DNA of 62,036 bases, the filler included, from Choristocarpus tenellus KU-1152 (Eukaryota; Protista; Phaeophyceae): assembly GCA_964200185.2 (NCBI GenBank). It is 8 parts of 8 records of this genome, joined end to end, with 100 filler letters (N's around TTAATTAATTAA, not from the genome) between each part and the next. Parts side by side here need not be neighbours in the genome. Positions count along the whole stretch, not along the records: positions 26,264 to 45,984 come from CAXNAD020000449.1; positions 46,085 to 48,982 come from CAXNAD020023809.1; positions 49,083 to 51,990 come from CAXNAD020023732.1; positions 52,091 to 58,521 come from CAXNAD020008154.1; 4 more parts are not named here. One strand, 5' to 3'. Shown in pieces: positions 39,353 through 53,786 of this stretch. Every line of letters begins with the position of its first letter. Within the stretch, counting starts at the first letter, position 1. The position numbers and the translations under genes are program-made. The notes under the pieces were generated by a model, which saw nothing but the letters and a program-made list of their open reading frames with translations, made no database searches and was not told the DNA's origin.

Positions 39353-40436
39353 ATCAGGGGTGTGGGGAATAGTAGGGGGTGCCTCTGTGGTTTTGTTGAA
39401 ACTCTTCTGTTCTGAAAGGTATGGAGATCATGTTGCTCCCATCCTTTAACTGAGGTGTGTGGTCGTTCTTTGTAGTATAGTTGTGAAGCACAGTCTTTGC
39501 ACATTTGTGCAAAAAAAATTATTTGTGTTAGCATGGCCTTTTTTGGGATGCCCTATGTTGTGAATAGAAAGAAGATGAGGAATATCCAGTGTGCCCCACT
39601 TAGTACATAATTTGTAATACTCCATAAAATTTTAGCTCTTTGCATAGATACTCTAGTAGTAGGTGTCTTTTATTTTAAATGCCCACCAACATCATGTGAA
39701 AACCCAAGAGGATTGATGTGATTGCATTACACCAGCCAATGCTGCTCTGTGATTCCTGTTTCTACTGTTGTCAACATAATATATATGCCCCTTTATCTAA
39801 TATTTTTGAGTCATCGCTTCATTGTTGCATTAAAGAACCCCATACTCGAACGGCTGCTGTGTGAAGTATTGTTCAGAAACCTCGTTTGTCTTCTGAGTTA
39901 CATACTTCTAGATTCCGGATTAGATGGAAGAGTATAGTACCATCAGCTTTAGTTCATCAGGTGGGCAAAGGTATGCCTTTATTGCTGGTCCGACATCCTT
40001 GTAATCCCGGTCATAGACTGATCACCCCTCACAGAAGGTTACATGCTTTTATGCAGCACACACAGCTGCTCTGTCTTTCTGTAATCCAATCTTCCGTTTT
40101 CATAGAGATATGTCTTGACTGACCTGGGCGGCTTATTGTGCTGTTGTATTAGCCCAATTTTAGCCCCCCCAACCCCTAGCTCTAGTCTTCTGTAATGCCG
40201 GTTTTTGTTCTGTGGGTAGACAGGGTCCTTGTATCCCTGTGCTGAGTGCTTGAAATCAAAACTGTCAAGCAACCTCAAAAGACGATTTTTACATGAAGCA
40301 TCTTGCTCATGGTACTCATGAATGAGGTAGGAAATCTAGGACTGACACCTCAGCTACAGAGTTCCCATTGTTGCACTTCAAACTAGTTATGATGGATTTT
40401 GTAGCAGGCTAATACTGACGCAATGGTTTCTTTTTT

Positions 40437-43400
40437 CTATATTTCAAGTGCTGCTACTAACCTCAAACAAGTAGAGATCTGCACCTGCAAATACTTCCAA
40501 GCACTGCTTTTGTCAGTTAACAAACCATACACCTTTGGTTCTATCTGTCGCAAGTGTGAAGCACATAGGGTCTCATCAACTTTGTCCGCACCAGGCCAGA
40601 CCAAGGCTGGAGTATTGGTCAGGAGACAATCCTCCATCTAGTGGGTATGTTGGGAGTGCCCCTGCATCTACAAATGCAGAGCATGGAAGTCATGTTAGGA
40701 AGCACTTACTAATGTGCCCCCACGTATCTTGCTTCAGTTGAGGCTCTTCACACCATCTTGTCCTCACCCTTGCTTTCTCCTCTCTCTCTATGCTTGAGGG
40801 GTAGGAGGTACTGGATGTAGTACTACGAAGTATACCTGTCAAGACCAAAACTATGCGGTGTTGCAAACCTCCTTCCTAACCACCAATCACACACTTCACA
40901 GGATTATCAAAAAACATTTATCAAGTCTCCCCAGCTTGCCATGCTAACACTTCTCTGGATGTAGTCGAAAGACCCCCAGAGTGAGTCACAGCCTTTCAGC
41001 ATTCCCTGGACCACACATTTGCCATTTGTGGATACCCTTCATTACCACCTTGCCCAGAAGAGTCAATGTTGATACCGAGGGCATCTTGTTGGGTGCAATA
41101 AAAATTGACTGCAAGAGGCAGTTGGTAGTAATCCGTACCTCCGCAAATGCCCTCCAGCCCTCCTCAGACACGTCAAGCCCACTTATGACTAACTCCTGCA
41201 AGTTGGACATGGAACCACCAATTGCAACTACACCCCTCTCAACCTTGCGACCTTGTGCAAATTCAAAGCAGTTGTGCAAGCCTAGACACTTCAACCTGCA
41301 GCCAGCCTTTGCAATGTCTTCTAGGGCCTGGTTGTCAAGCTCACAGCCTCCCCCATAAATGTTGGAGTCCAAATGGAGACTCTCTAGAGTGGTCACAACC
41401 TGCACAAAGTTTATGACTTGTCGCAGTCGGGCCTTTCCAGCCTCAGCTCCATATGTCCTATCCTTGAGCTGAGTTGAGTGAGGCAGTTGTTAGGTAGTTG
41501 AGAGTTGGATAGATAAGGATATTATTCCTGGAGTTGGGGCTGAGTATTTCAACAAAAAAATAATATAATTTTCTGTGAAGTTTGAAGCACATGGCTTCTT
41601 GTATACAGACTAGATACGGAGTACATTAATGTACAACAGTTCTTCCAGTACTCCAGAGTACTAGTTGCGCACATGATCCAACACCCCTCACACAACTATA
41701 ATTATTGAATTTGTTAATCACCTCCAAGTCACATTGTCTCTTTCAACTGTATGATGATGACATCAGTGAGAACACAAACAACACATCCAATCGTCATATT
41801 CGTGGTGTACTCCGCTCACACTTACTGTTCAGGCTGTTTCTTGGTAGGATGTGGAAGTATACCAACAAGGAAGGACTGAAGTAAACGCCACAGAACACAA
41901 GTCCAAACAGTTCAACTTCATATATTGGAAGTCGAAGGCCTACGAAGGGTTGAACCTTTCGACGTTCATCCAGTACTATATTCCATTTAACACTACTTCA
42001 ACATGCTTGGCAACCACCTGCAAAGAAACCTTGACCGTTCAGTCCCATTCCACCTTTTCATATTTCCTCCATCCATCGTCAGCAAGGGTGACCAAACAAG
42101 GGAACGTCTCACCGCAATTCCTTTCAATCCCGGCATCTGCTTGGCCAACTCTCCAAGGTCCACTAGTTTTGAGCCCCTGACACCAGTAAAGTCAATGTGG
42201 GTCAGAAGTCCGCCACATGCAGTGGATAGATTGCGGAGGTTCCCCAATTTGACCCTGGACCCAAGAGTGAGCCGCCGAATAAGTCTCCCAGGGTTGTGTT
42301 CTTCGATCCATTTGAGCTGATCGATGAGGTCTTGCCACCCCATTCCTATTAAGTGATCATTGCTCCCCCTTAGCTTCAAGTTGATATGCTCTGCAGAGGG
42401 TAGTTTGGATACTTTCCAATAGAAGTTGAGAACAGTGCGAAAGGAGGGCAACACATGGGGGGTGGAAGGGTGTGTGCACACTCAATAGTACTAGTACTTC
42501 AACTGTAGTTGTGCTCCTGATCAGGTGTGTATGCCTTGGCTCAAATATGTTGTGCTTAACAAGGTCCCGATTGTATCCTTGAGAGCTGATCTTTGAAGAA
42601 ATGTACTTGCTAACTTCCACGGAATGTTTCGTCTTGTGGACACTCGAGTCTAGAAGCTACCAATAACCTCTCGGGATTATATTAGTAGGCAGTGGATCAG
42701 AAGGAAACCGATAACCTAGAATTAATCGTATCAACACTGCAAGACAATACTAGGCGACAGAATATTAGCGAATTCGCTGAGACCAGCAGAACCAAGAGCA
42801 TAAAGAGACACTAAGTGGCCCAAGATAAATCAATGGTGCCCCAACACAGGAATAAATCGAAGGGTCAAGGAGAGAGAGGCTAAGCTGCTCACGTATTCGC
42901 CACCAGGCGTTATTGATGGTCGTAGTCCTGATTGCTTCCATGTGCCCAAGATAGCTTACCACCATCACAAGTGAGCTTGCAAGGAGAAGCGAATCGCCAC
43001 AAGCAATGTCAATAGTTCGCTGCTGCTTCTTGAAAGCAATGGCTAGTGTTTCATCCATGTCAACCCTCCAGCGGTTATCCAGGAGAGTGAAGGCTCGTTT
43101 CAAGCAAGTGTGTTCAGTTCCTCCACGTATCGCAGTCTCAGGTAGAAGGCTTCGCAGGTAGGATGCCACCCTCGGGGCATTACCTCGAAATAGATCTATC
43201 TCGCGATGAAATTAGGAAAGTAGAATGTGGGAGGGGGAAGGAGCTCCAATAAGCGAAGGAATCACTTCCGCGGGAAGAGCTCTAGCTGGCGTACAGCGGC
43301 ATGTTTATCAGCGCCCGACTATCATGGTTTATAGACTGTTCGATATCCTACCATTGGGTGACAAGATGAAGAGGATTAAGAAACAACTTCTCTGCCCTGC

Positions 43401-43855
43401 CAAAGAGAGAGGGGGCCTGACTTCAATTTAGGGGAGGTTTGTGTGATGAACTTCGGCAGGGATTCATCGGCATCCAACAAAAAGAACGTAGAAGGAGAGT
43501 GCTACGAAGGTTGGAGACTGGATGGGAATCAGCAAGAGACCCAGGGAAGAGTAGAAATATCACCTGTTGTGGGCTCATTCTGCATGACGACATCCTTAGC
43601 ACCTGTTGACGACGCTTCTATTTTCTCTGTACCCGCATTCCTTTTTGTTTGGGGGTAACGAGGCGTCTCGACAGCAGCTTTTCCTTTACCCTTGGATTTA
43701 CCCTTACCCTGATCTCTGCACGTCCTTTCCTTTCCTGGTTCCCAATTCTCACCCATCTCGTCCTCGCTCGAAATGGTATCTGGATCGATGTGTGCATAGT
43801 TTCGAAGGAGAGGTAGGAAACCTATTGATAATGAAAAAAGGTGAATATTGAACAT
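40437..43855 (-). CDS. F-box/leucine-rich-repeat-like protein (multi-exon, boundaries approximate)
   Basis: Coding-like segments: ~43820-43565; ~43170-42850 (LVMVVSYLGHMEAIRTTTINNAWWRI, F-box-like); ~42440-42113 (IRRLTLG..LTHIDFTG..MPGLKGIA); ~41468-41139 (LESLHLD..LKCLGLHNC..LQELVISG, LRR-like); ~40640-40437. Confidence 0.6.
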
Positions 43856-44094
43856 TATTAGTCACACTAAAATACTCGTTATTTTCGAAACATCAGAGAT
43901 AAAGAGTAGTAGTAGTAGTATCATAGTGGATTCATACTGAACATGGTTTTGAATTCAAATTTCGTCAAATGGATTGTTTAACCGAACCAATTGTTGTGGT
44001 TCGATATTTTGATATTTTGAAGCGAATAAAAATAGAAAATACCTCGTTATCTCACAATGCATTGATTGGATGAGTACAATATTTGACCCCAACC

Positions 44095-44260
44095 TTTCTT
44101 GTCCATTTGTGTAGGGTTAAGGTAGGTTGGAGGCATTGCAGCAATGTATGCATAAAATCGTACCATTCTTCAGGGCGGGAGTGTTGTCGTATAGCTGGTA
44201 TTTAAATTGTAATTAGTTAGATCTTGGAGAGATATCTTATCACATTTACGACCACTGTTA
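44095..44260 (+). mobile_element. 3'-tail fragment of the REL non-LTR retrotransposon family
   Basis: Inverted match to 44370-44530 (TGTCCATTTGTGTAGGGTTAAGGTAGGTTGGAGGCATTGCAGCAA). Confidence 0.6.
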
Positions 44261-44369
44261 CCATTACAGGGGTCCTTATTATGATACTACATTACTATGC
44301 CCTCTGACATTTTGTAGATGCGTGAGGGAAAAAGCTAAACCAATATCACAAGGACACCTGCAAAGTAGC

Positions 44370-44830
44370 AGTTGTCGGAAATGTGAAAGATACATCTCTA
44401 ACATCTCTTTACTATTTGAATACCAGTTGCACTACAAACTTTCCCTTAAAGCTTGGAAATTACAACGCTATACATAATATATTGCTGCTATGCCTCCAAC
44501 CTACCTTAGCCCTACACAACTGGACAGGGAGTTTGGAAAGTATCCCAAGAATCTGACAGGCCCCTCCTTGCCCATTTGCCTGGTGTTTCCAGCTTGAAAC
44601 ACATGACACATCTCGAGAGAGCCACTTGTGTAGTGACAGGCACTATCTGTCGTAAGTGGGATTGGACAGCCACTTTCCTGCTATAATCTCCCACACCCCT
44701 CCCCCCTATTGCATGTGTAGCCAACTCATCCAGAAAAATTTCTGCGTGCTTAGCAAGGTGCCCAAAATTTTCCACTGAAAAGATGTTGAGGTTAAAACTA
44801 CGTAATTTAGTTTTTCCCCTGACAAATATA
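44370..44830 (-). mobile_element. REL (CRE/NeSL-like) non-LTR retrotransposon 3' end, decayed
   Basis: FSVENFGHLAKHAEIFLDELATHAIGG..VTTQVALSR..DSWD followed by a 3' tail. Confidence 0.8.
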
Positions 44831-44834
44831 TATT

Positions 44835-45560
44835 TGGAGGCCTTATCAAACAGGTGCCCGGTGAATGGTTGCAGGAGACAGAATGTGGATACCAGACATT
44901 CCTGCACCTGCCCTAGGGCAGGAGGACAGGTTCGCCAACACAAACCAAGGGTGAAGCGTCTGGGGCAACTCTGCAAAGGAATGGGCGTCCCTTGCACTAT
45001 GGAGGACAGCAGCCCATTCACAATCAACAGGAATTTCCGCATGGATCTGGTTTTCCATGCTGGTGCACTCGTGAACGCCAGATCCACTCCCTAGAGACAA
45101 AGGCCTCCTCCTGGACGTTACGTTTGTTGAAGTGCAGACAGCATCTCACCTGCCACACTCATCCACCAGCAATGGTATAGCTGCAGCCGAGGTGCGAAAG
45201 CGCACCCACTACTGGGACTCTTTCGATCCTCATAGTTATTCATTCGTGGTGGAAAGTTTTGGGCGCTTAGGTAAGTCAGCAGAAAGTTTCCTGGATGAGC
45301 TAGCTACGCATGCGGTAGGTGGGGAGAGGAACTGGAAGCTACAGCAGGAAAGGGGCGGTCAAATCCCGCCTACGACTGTCTTTGTAACAACGCAGGTGGA
45401 CCTACCTAGACGGGCCATGCGTTTTTAGCTGGAGTCAGCAGGGAGATGGGCAAGGAGGGGCTTGTTAGATTCTTGGGATGCTTCCCTAGCTCCTCACCCT
45501 GGGGTGCAGGAAAAGCCAGGTTGGAGACACAGGAACGTGGTACAGCACAGGTAGTAAAAT
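44835..45560 (+). mobile_element. REL (CRE/NeSL-like) non-LTR retrotransposon 3' end, decayed
   Basis: CCHC knuckle CPVNGC..HSCTC, RQH, RMDLV..LLDVT (PD..D-type nuclease), RKRTHY, FVVESFGRLG..FLDELA; contains stops and frameshifts. Confidence 0.85.
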
Positions 45561-48500
45561 AGGAAATTGATGTTTTTATTTATGACAAATGTTATTTCCT
45601 TAGGGATTTTTCTGACATACAAACCGTTTTCATTGGTTTTTCCTTTGAAATATCTGGAAAATGTGAGAGGTAATAATATAATATATATCTGACAGGTGAA
45701 TATTTTTTGTTGATTTTTCCCGACACATCCACACCATGTCAAGTGCATAAAAATAAATATACAGTGCCTACCCCGATTTTGGGCCAAATATTATGAACCA
45801 AATCCAAACATATGCAATTTTGTACCGTTTTTTCGAAATGCTCAAAAAAATAGACTTTTGTACCGGAATTCTCGTGTTTGGGCGAGTTTGGCACAAAATC
45901 TCAGAGATATTCACGCGAGTTCGGCGCGCGCGTAGAATTTTCTCGCGAAAAGTGCCCTTTCCTGAGTCATGCTACCATACAGCANNNNNNNNNNNNNNNN
46001 NNNNNNNNNNNNNNNNNNNNNNNNNNNNTTAATTAATTAANNNNNNNNNNNNNNNNNNNNNNNNNNNNNNNNNNNNNNNNNNNNGGTTGTGGGGGGGGGG
46101 GGGGGTTTTTCCCCCATGTCATCCCCCCCCCCCCCCCCCTCCCCCCTTTACCTGGTCAATGTGTGTGCTGTTTTTATTACTTGGTGCTGTGTTCATGGAA
46201 TATTCGTGGAAGGCAGAAGGATAGTGTAGTAGGTTGTGAATGGTGAGAAAAAAATTGTCGGAAGGTTGGTAGTGCAGAATAAATTTGTTTTGTGTGCTTG
46301 TGCTTGTGCATGTGCATGCGTGTGTTTTTGCCTTCTTCATTTTTTGCGGTGTTTTTTTTTTTTTGATATGTATTGGGAACTCACTGTTTGAAATGGTAAT
46401 AGAGGACAGGACCTATGTGTGAACGCTGTCATCTATCACCGTGAATGATACATTGATCAGCATTTCTGTGACAAGACTTTGTGCCTTTTTTGGTTGTGTG
46501 TCAATAGTGCCTGCATGTTTTTGGTTGTTGAATCCGTGGTGGATGGAGGAGGGTACAAGCACAACATTGATTTCATGTTGAGAGTCAGGTTGGATGTGGA
46601 CAGTGCTGTATTTTGTGACGAGATGTAGGGGTATAAACCAGTTTGGTAGTGAGGGAGGTGTTCCTGTTGGTGGGGCAGGATTTTTGCTTTGAAGGGGGGG
46701 TGTTTTTGCTCAAGGGTGCTGTTCCAGTAGTCCTTTTTTGGGTACACAGGGCTTTGAAAGTCTAGGCGGAGGATGATGTTACTATGTGTACTGTATTCCA
46801 ACCAGTGTAGTTTTTATTTTGTTTGATATGAGCATCTGTTACGTTATTTGTTGAAGACGGAGAGGTAGGAGGAGTGGACTCGTTGAGATGTCAGCAGGAA
46901 CTTTGATCTTGTAGCTGTGATTGTTGTGCACAGTTGTGAGGAATACTTGTTGCACTTGGAGAGTAAGTCACTGCTTTCATATCCTTTGTGCATGGTTTTG
47001 TTGTGTAGCCTAGCACTGCCCATGGCGTCAAACCTCTGTTGTTACTGGATTTGTTATCACTGGTACAGACGGTGACGGTTCAAGGCTACATGTTTGTTTC
47101 GTGAGGTACGATATATGGGATGACCAATGAGTTTTAAAGCTGCATATGTGGTCCCTCGTCCCCTCTACAATGCCTTGCTGGGGGTTTTCTGATTTTGTTA
47201 TGTCAGGGAGTGACACTTGGGTGGCATTTGGACGGCAGTATTAAACGTAGTCACTGCCTGTTGATACGCCTGTGCCACATAACATTTTTATTTGTGCATT
47301 ACTACTGGTGTAAGATTGGAGGTTGCTTGATATGATGTAAAATTTTATGGTGCATGCTGTAGCTGTAGAGATGTATTCACACGCACACAAGATGCAGAGA
47401 TAAAATATAAATAGCCAAGAGCTTCGAACAAGTTGTTGAAGAACATAATATTATTGTGGATTTTTGTTCATTTTGCCGAATCTCTATCTTCGTCCGTAAT
47501 ATTGTTCTTGTTCTCGTTGTTACTACCATGCACTGCATTTGCTTATTCCAGTAAACCTCTGTATGGGTCCATATATTGTTTTGGCTATTATTACTACGTA
47601 CTCGTCACACAAGAACACTCAAAGACTGATTTATGGCACCCTCCAGACTACCTGTGCTGACAAGGCATTACCTTGCCAACCTGATTTCACTCAAACAAAA
47701 AGCTGACCTGTGCACTTGCAAATAAAGAAATATACTAAATATATACAAAAATTCGCGATGCAAATTGTAGTGATAGTGAAGTAAGGAATACTAAATAGCA
47801 AGGCCTTACACCAGGCTGGAAAAAGGGGACTGGGCTGTTTTTTAGCCAGTCAGCGGCCTAGTCTCTTAAAATTTACACTCTGGTCCATTCCCATTAAAAG
47901 GTATCTCATCCGAGGTGGTTTTGATGTTAACCTATGTTTTCATCCGCTTTTTTGAATAGATTTAAGAAGTTGAAGTGAATGATCTACTGAAAATAGTAAA
48001 TATATTTGTTGAATAAGATGTGTATGAGATTACACTATCTACACCATCTCGTACAATACACATTAAATTGGTTACGTAAGAATTGCTTTTACAGGCATAT
48101 GATTCGTATTATGGATTATGATATGGTGCGAGGAAGCAAGTACCTACGTGTTGACAACATGTTCACCGTATCTCACAACAACTCATAGTACCAAGTCCAA
48201 TTTTTCTCATTTTCGTGGATATGGAAAACTAAATCCAGTATATGGCAGACTTCCACTGAAAACAGGTTTGCTTTAAAATGTATTTTGATTTGATTTAATT
48301 TGTTACATATTGCTATATAAACCTACCTCTATATTATATCCCCACAAAAGCGGGAAATCCCCCAATTCAACTATTTTTCAGATACGGCACCCCTTTTACC
48401 TTGCCCTGTGGAATAATTATTCGTCACTTCAGGTTGAGTACTATTCCAACCCATGGTCAGAGGCACGACGCACTTCACTATATCTCATACTAGCTACTGA

Positions 48501-49419
48501 CTATCAGTTGCACTACTACAATATTAATTTTAATGACCCTTGTGTTCCTTGCTTTTTGCGTGATGGGTGCAGCACTCCTACCACTTTCATCACTATATCT
48601 CCTCCCTCGAAATGGTATATACTCCTCCATCCACAATGAAACTTTGCCACTACCACTGTCCAGATCTTCCGCATCCCTTTTGGTGCTTTATTACAACATA
48701 GTAAGGTAAAAGTGAACCTCCCGAATGTACTTACCATGTGGTCCATCTAAGTCGAATTTCTTGAGAAAAAAGGTATAGCCTCAACTGTGGTTCGAACGCG
48801 AGCATTTCCATGATGAAACTCAGGACCATTTTATGACCTACACCAGGAACCTTGTCCCTCTAGAACAATCTTGCTTTTTTTGCACTCTACTACGACAAGA
48901 AGTATACAATGTCAGGGACAGGTTCCTTTTTGGGATCGCCTACACACACTGTATGTATAAGACGCGCGGTCAGATACAATTGNNNNNNNNNNNNNNNNNN
49001 NNNNNNNNNNNNNNNNNNNNNNNNNNTTAATTAATTAANNNNNNNNNNNNNNNNNNNNNNNNNNNNNNNNNNNNNNNNNNNNAGGGGGGGGGGGTTCAAT
49101 TCTATTGAATATTAATATATTATCGTTTTGTGCTTGATGTTTTCGTGGCTGAGGGAATTGTGACTTCAAGATCTATTTCGACACTATACACTGTTGACAC
49201 TTACTTGTGAAGGATCAAATGTGCAAATACTAAATATATGATTTTTTTTTTAGTTCCACGCATATACATAAATGTATTGACATTCTCACTACACATCATA
49301 CTTGTATGTTCTTGATCATTTCCAACCAAGAAAGTCGAAGATTTGTAAGAGTACTATCTCTATTCACATGTCACGGGAGTGTGTCATAACCTTTGACATG
49401 TACACATTTTTCATCGTGG

Positions 49420-49789
49420 ACTTGTACAGCATGTAGTGGACAGGGATGGTGTGGACATGCCAGAAATAAAGTTAGACTGGGCTGCTGATGGGTATGGACT
49501 GGTGTAACTACCCACTGGACATGGTCTGAATATGCTAGAGAATGCCGGGACTCGTTCAGCGGACATGGACTGGTACCATACCCAATGGACATGGTCCGTA
49601 CATGTTACATAGCGTTTGACCTGGTACAATGGGCGGACATAGAGCGGTACAATACCCAATGGACATGATCCCGACATGTTAGACACTGTTTGACCTGGTC
49701 CAGCGGGCAGACATGGACTGAGACAAGTTAACTTTTTCTCGGAATGGTCTAGCCAGGGAACGGGACAAGTTTATTTTTCCTGCCCAGTG
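49420..49789. mobile_element. ~74-bp subterminal tandem repeats ending at a CAGTG terminus (CACTA/CMC-like transposon end)
   Basis: Units GGACATGGACTGGTACCATACCCAATGGACATGGTCC...TTTGACCTGGT at ~49491, 49561 and 49635; ends TTTTCCTGCCCAGTG (reverse complement starts CACTG). Related GACC/GGTC-rich tracts at ~22440-22860, 24000-24140, 25310-25830 and 61100-61270. Confidence 0.5.
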
Positions 49790-50909
49790 AAAAGTCATGT
49801 TAGTGGTAGCATATGATATTATTCCCTACAATATTTTGCGCATATCAGGGAAGGGAAAAGACCAAAATCCAAGGTTCGAAAATCTTGTATATTACACAAG
49901 AAATTGCTAGTATAATATAATGATACAGTAAGAATATTGTAAGGAATATAGTAGCAGAAGATGTAGAAAACAGCTTGCCTTTCATACTGTAATCGCCTAC
50001 GTACGCTATATGCCATCTTGTCGAGTTTTTTTTACTATTTTGGTTCAATTGTGGAGGATATTCGGAAGGATAGGTTCCTGAAAGTTCCCGTGACTTCCTG
50101 TGAGTTGTTTTCATGACATGCATCTGAAGGAGGAGCTCCCATTTCTGTGGTGTCTCTTTTCTGAACCCCATCCGAACCATGATCCTCCCCACTTCCTCTG
50201 CACACTTGCACTTTTCCAACCTTCACCTCGTCCTCTCAGTTACGGTTCCTCTTTGTCCGTCTTCCCAGATCATTCTCTTCACCGCCCTTGCCTGAATGAA
50301 CCACACCACAGCAAAATCACACGATCTGCAAAGAGGTGTAATAAAATATGATGAGAAATCCATCTTCACTCCTCGCACTCAAGGCATCAGTTAACTTACT
50401 CTTCAGTCGTCCTTAGGCAAGACACGAATGAGCAATAATACTACCAATAGTCAGAACATCACTACAGGGAGATTTCAAGTCTCTGGTCATGAAGAAGTCT
50501 GAGGGCGGCATGGGAGACACCCACGGTCTCGTGGTGCCACGCAAACTCCAGGACTAGCGCACGTTTGCGTGTGTCACCTTGTACGCCTGTAGTAGCTTCA
50601 TCCAGAGCTGATGGGAAATTTTCAAGCCAATATAACACTCCGAGTATTAACGGGAAAAAAATCGGTTCACAACATCATTATATACTCGGAGTATATTAAT
50701 GTAGTTGTGTGAGGGTGGGGAAACCAAGACCAAAAACTATACGACAAGGATCACTGTAGAGACAGCAGTTGCCATCAATGTTAGGACACCTCCTTAAATG
50801 TGTACACTATTTGAAAATTAGTTGTACAACAATGTGTCCTTGAAGTTTGTTACCAAGTAATGTATAAACTCCTTTATTTCTAATTTATTAGCCCTAAGAA
50901 GGGTGAGCG

Positions 50910-51330
50910 AGTAGCATGGAAGCATTCCAGGAATCTGTCAGGCCCCATCTTCCCCACCTACCCTACGTCTCTAAGCTGAAACGCATGACATATCTCAAGA
51001 GATCCACTTGTTGTGCAGAGACAGACACTGACTCAAACAAGACTTAACAATCCCTTTCCTGCAATACCTCACAGTCCATCTTCCCCTACAGCATGAGTGG
51101 CCAACTCATCAAGGAAACTCTCTTCATGATTACCAAAGGCTCCAAAAAATTTCCACCACCAAGGTGTTGAGATGACCACAACGAGGGTCAAAGATCCCTC
51201 ATATTGGTGGACGTTCGTGGCTTGGCTGCAGCAGCACTTACATCGTCGCTGATGGATGGGTGGGGCAAAATTACAGATTGCTTGAACCTCTGCAAAAGCA
51301 ACTTCTGGAAATAGAATTTTGTTCTAGTAG
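50910..51330 (-). mobile_element. Third decayed copy of the REL non-LTR retrotransposon 3' end
   Basis: ESFLDELATHAVG in translation; nucleotide similarity to 44540-44790. Confidence 0.75.
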
Positions 51331-52187
51331 GGAGCTGACCCAGCCTCTGATAGCGGGCTCAGAGTATCTGGGGGGGGGGGCATACTGCATCAATTACCTG
51401 CTGCTCATGCATGGGAACCAAGGGCTTTTCCACGACATGTCCAACAGGAACATCACCCCCTCGTTCCACCACAGGCCGGAAATAGTGCAACACCCTGCTT
51501 CCATCACCTAGAACAACAGCATCCTGACAAACGAGAAGCAGCGTTCACAGAAGGGGGGGGGGGGTGTGGAGAAAAGAAAGAAAAGATTCATTCATTGTGA
51601 TTGGGTGGTATCCCAAAGAAGTCCTCTACAACCGACTATATGGACAGTTTCATTTTAAAGAAACGATCTCACTAGTATCTATCTGCTCACTCGGAAAGCC
51701 ATTGCATTTTTAAATGCATTGACAAAAGTTGACTAACTTACCAACCACACCATTCCAAAAAAAGACCACAATCCACACAACATAAATAAAAATATTAATA
51801 TAGCACAAAATAAATACTGCGAGGTAGAACTTCCTTCCCCCTCCACTACTGTTGCATAGGTAGAGAGATAAACGCCATATCAGTATTACAAACTACACAT
51901 CTACTTCCATCGTCCTAAAAAAAACCCTTCAAAAGTGTCTTGTAGCAAGTCCCTACAAACATAAAACTCGTTTCCTCTGCACTCCCCCCCNNNNNNNNNN
52001 NNNNNNNNNNNNNNNNNNNNNNNNNNNNNNNNNNTTAATTAATTAANNNNNNNNNNNNNNNNNNNNNNNNNNNNNNNNNNNNNNNNNNNNTGTTGGTTTA
52101 TTTTTTAAGAAAAAAAAAAAAAAAAAAAAAAATTTTTTGTTTTTTTTTTTTTTTTTTTTTTTGTTTTGAAAAATGTTTTTTTTTTTT

Positions 52188-52229
<42 letters not shown>

Positions 52230-53786
52230 TTTGGATAGCAGGAGGGCAAAAACAAAATGTAAGGCAGCATCGCGTTTGCTTTTCTCTATCTGGGCTCCTC
52301 TAGCTTTTTCTCTGCCCTTGTTCCCTCGGGTGGTGATGGGCGAGGTATTGTGTATAAATTTTGACAGGTCGAATTTGCAGTGTTAGGCTGTTGTGTGCAT
52401 CTCATGCATCTTTTGTCTTTTTGTAGTGGTTGGGAAGTGCTGTGGAGATGGATGCAACGTCTCAAAAGTGTTTTTTTGTTTGTATGTTCTGTCTTCTGAT
52501 CCCCTTCTCGTGCGTTTGCCCGAGAGGTGCAATAGGTACCTCTTTGTTTGTTAAATTAATCCTTGTTATGGTGGATGGATTGACGTTGTCTTTATACTTG
52601 GTCCCTGACCGTGCTCCATTGGAAGCTGCCACATTAGTAAGATAATGTAAGACAATAATACAGGATCATAAACATCGTACTACATGCTTATTGTGCTCTG
52701 GGCCACTGTGAAACCGCATGCATAGAAGTAGCAAGCCAAATCAGTTGAGATGTTAGGCAGGGTTGCATTTTCAGGATCCTGAGGAAGGGCAAAAATTTGC
52801 CATTTTGTACAGTTGTGTGTATACGGCAATGGAATTGAGTGTATTGAACCGGTTATTGAAGACGATCTAGAATGCAAAAAGGCCCAAACCTGCCTACCTC
52901 TCAATTGGTGTGGCTCAGCAAAGATTAGGTGTTAGGGGTGAGTGGGACTGGCAACATTGTCCCACTTCCCAAAGCCCCTCAATTCACACATCCTCCACAC
53001 AATCAGGTCCACAACACACCAAGCAGTTCCCCATGTTGTTATTATTACCAAGAAATAGAAAGACCCCCAAAATGAAGAAAGAATGCAACTACCTGAACAG
53101 AATCATGGATCCATACCAATCTATCCTATATCTTGTGCAGTAGCTACCTGTGCTCACACAGACAGCAGTAGCGCATGCACAAATGATCTGTTGCATGAAA
53201 TTAAAAAAAATATATGCCACAAAAAAATGAGAGTATTATCATAGCACTTTCTACAAAAGGTATTTGGATGCAGAAGGGTAAGAACTGTTCGTACCAACAA
53301 AAAAAGAATATTTGAGTTTTTTCAACTACGATAATTCCCCCTTTTGATCAAAAATGGACGACATTTCATTCCTAGCAAAAATTTTGCCGTTAATGTTTGT
53401 AGTCACTACTTGCAGTCCATCATCTTTCAAAACAAATTAAATCAAGTAACAATAAAATGCTTACAAAAATAAGGACAACTTCTAGACTCTCCGACACACT
53501 GACACCCGACTCCCCAACCAGAAAGTTAGCTTCCCGACAAAAACATCTTGTGGTTGACGCAGTCGGCGTTGTAACTGCAACAAAATAGGGACAACACACA
53601 CACACACACACACAAAAGTGCAAAAAAAAAAATCAACATTTACACTCTTTGAAGTAGTACAAATATTTTTGCGTGTTCTGAGTTTTTTTTTTTTTTGGTA
53701 TTACGCCCACGAATTTTGATGACGCAGAGACGACGCGAATAACTATTGTTATGAATAACCTCGAGGGTATGTCACATCGCCCTTTG

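Noticed and set aside
48516-50351. Exon-like segments at ~48540-48765 and ~50035-50330
   Set aside because: No recognisable domain, and they lie on different contigs.
52091-52230. Poly-A/T/G runs and the resulting poly-K/F/G/P ORFs (also 12347-12420, 15345-15443, 46085-46150)
   Set aside because: Located at contig ends; typical low-quality read-end artefacts.
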